DNA of 64,000 nt from Trichosphaerium sp. ATCC 40318. Taxonomy: Eukaryota; Protista; Tubulinea. Shown here piece after piece: positions 62,822 through 64,000 of the stretch. Position numbers and translations under genes: made by a program. The stretch's first letter is position 1, and each line of letters opens with the position of its first letter. A model generated the notes under the pieces. The model was not told the DNA's origin. It did not search any database and saw only the letters and a program-made list of their open reading frames with translations. The stretch is taken from NCBI GenBank assembly GCA_038496445.1, contig JALMLS010000253.1, forward strand, positions 1 through 64,000. Reading direction: 5' to 3'.

Positions 62822-64000
62822 ATGGAACTACCAACAGAAGTGACTTTACAAGTGTTTTTATCTTTGGACATAGAATCCTTGATTGCGTGCAGTTTTGTAT
62901 GTAGGAGTACGCATAAATAACATGTCATGATGCCCTACGGTGCTAACAATAGAAGTTTGGAGTACTATTTCCCGTGATAACCACGTTTGGTACCAACAAT
63001 GTAAAGTAGTCGGCGTGTACGCTTTTAACGCGTAAAAAACAACGTTTAACATACTTCTCTACCAGATTAAGCGATGACGCTGTCAAAATGAATCACAACG
63101 TATCCTACAAGGAAGAGTACAAGGTCAATTACGCTTTAAACTCATTATTGTAAACTAATTATTTAAATAGTTTTATAGTCGCCCAAAGTATGGCATAGTA
63201 GTATTAGATGGTCACCAGTTGCAATGTATAGGGATTACAAGGGATAAAGCGAGAGTAAGTGTTAGTTTAAGAAATAAATTAAATAAAATTCAACAAAACT
63301 TTCAGGTTGTTGCAAGTCTCGTTATCGATCTTCCTTTAATCGATTTTCGGAACCTAACAGGTACCCTCAAGCTTACTACATTGCTTTGAGTATAAATTTG
63401 ATGAATGTTAACGAATATTAGATGCTTCTCTGCTAGTAGAACTGGATGATTACTTCACACAAGCAGTTGCTTTAATAAATAAAGTTTTTAGTAGTTTAAA
63501 GGTACCATTACGTATGACTTGTCCTTTTATAATTTTTATATCATCACGTGATTATATTGACATTGTTCATTTTTATTATAGCGTGTACATGGGATCTCAT
63601 CTGGAGTACATAATGTCCTATCAGTTAAAACATCTGTTGCAATTCTTGAGCGAAATATTACAAATCATAATGTGTGTATAGAAGTTGACAAAGAGGGTTA
63701 TGATGGTCTCCAATTAGTACTGACATTTTCGGTATTCAAGCGTATTAATTACATGTATAGGTTCTTGCTTCATCTAAGGTCCAAGAATTCTTACCTCCAT
63801 GGATAAAAGACGAAGTGATACAATTGAACAACTTTTTTGAATGTTATGAAAAACCTGCTCGATGTTGTTGTTTTGGCATTGAGGTATTGTCGAGGTTTTT
63901 ACAAACACTATGACCTTATTTATGTTATAATAGGATACATTAGATGCTATGAGAGAAGGTAAGCAATATAAAACAAGTGTAGTAGGAGTGTAACGTTTGT
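62822..64000 (+). CDS. F-box protein, runs off window end
   Basis: MELPTEVTLQVFLSLDIESLIACSFVCR..W..DNHVW, followed by further spliced exons. Confidence 0.7.

Noticed and set aside
11251-64000. Alternative genetic code suggested by fragmented ORFs
   Set aside because: Stops fall inside short introns. Spliced genes use the standard code and end in TAA, TAG or TGA.

Overview
Eukaryotic nuclear DNA, AT-rich and gene-dense, with many very short (about 30-60 nt) GT-AG introns whose donors are often GTACG, GTAAG or GTATG. It is probably from a free-living, amoeboid-type protist (inference only). Bases ~950-8044 hold one complete, highly divergent rDNA unit on the minus strand (18S-ITS1-5.8S-ITS2-28S). 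It has a GC-rich core and large AT-rich inserts in expansion segments, a structured repeat array upstream and an inverted-repeat element downstream. From ~11 kb on there are about 25 spliced protein genes, many in head-to-head pairs: TruB, Cdc123-like R2K ATP-grasp, ankyrin, P4-ATPase, CH/SAM protein, PG-binding repeat protein, TDP1, ZNF277, SETD9, LYRM, pfkB kinase, F-box/LRR, NUDCD2, M16 peptidase, C2 protein, myosin light chain-like and others. The most striking feature appears only after manual splicing: a VIT-vWA-TPR-DUF2135 gene (20616-26378) carrying a Rab7-like GTPase domain with motif order G2-G3-G4-G5-G1. This circular permutation differs from the two known to me (YRG and cpRAS). All gene models were spliced by eye and no searches were run.
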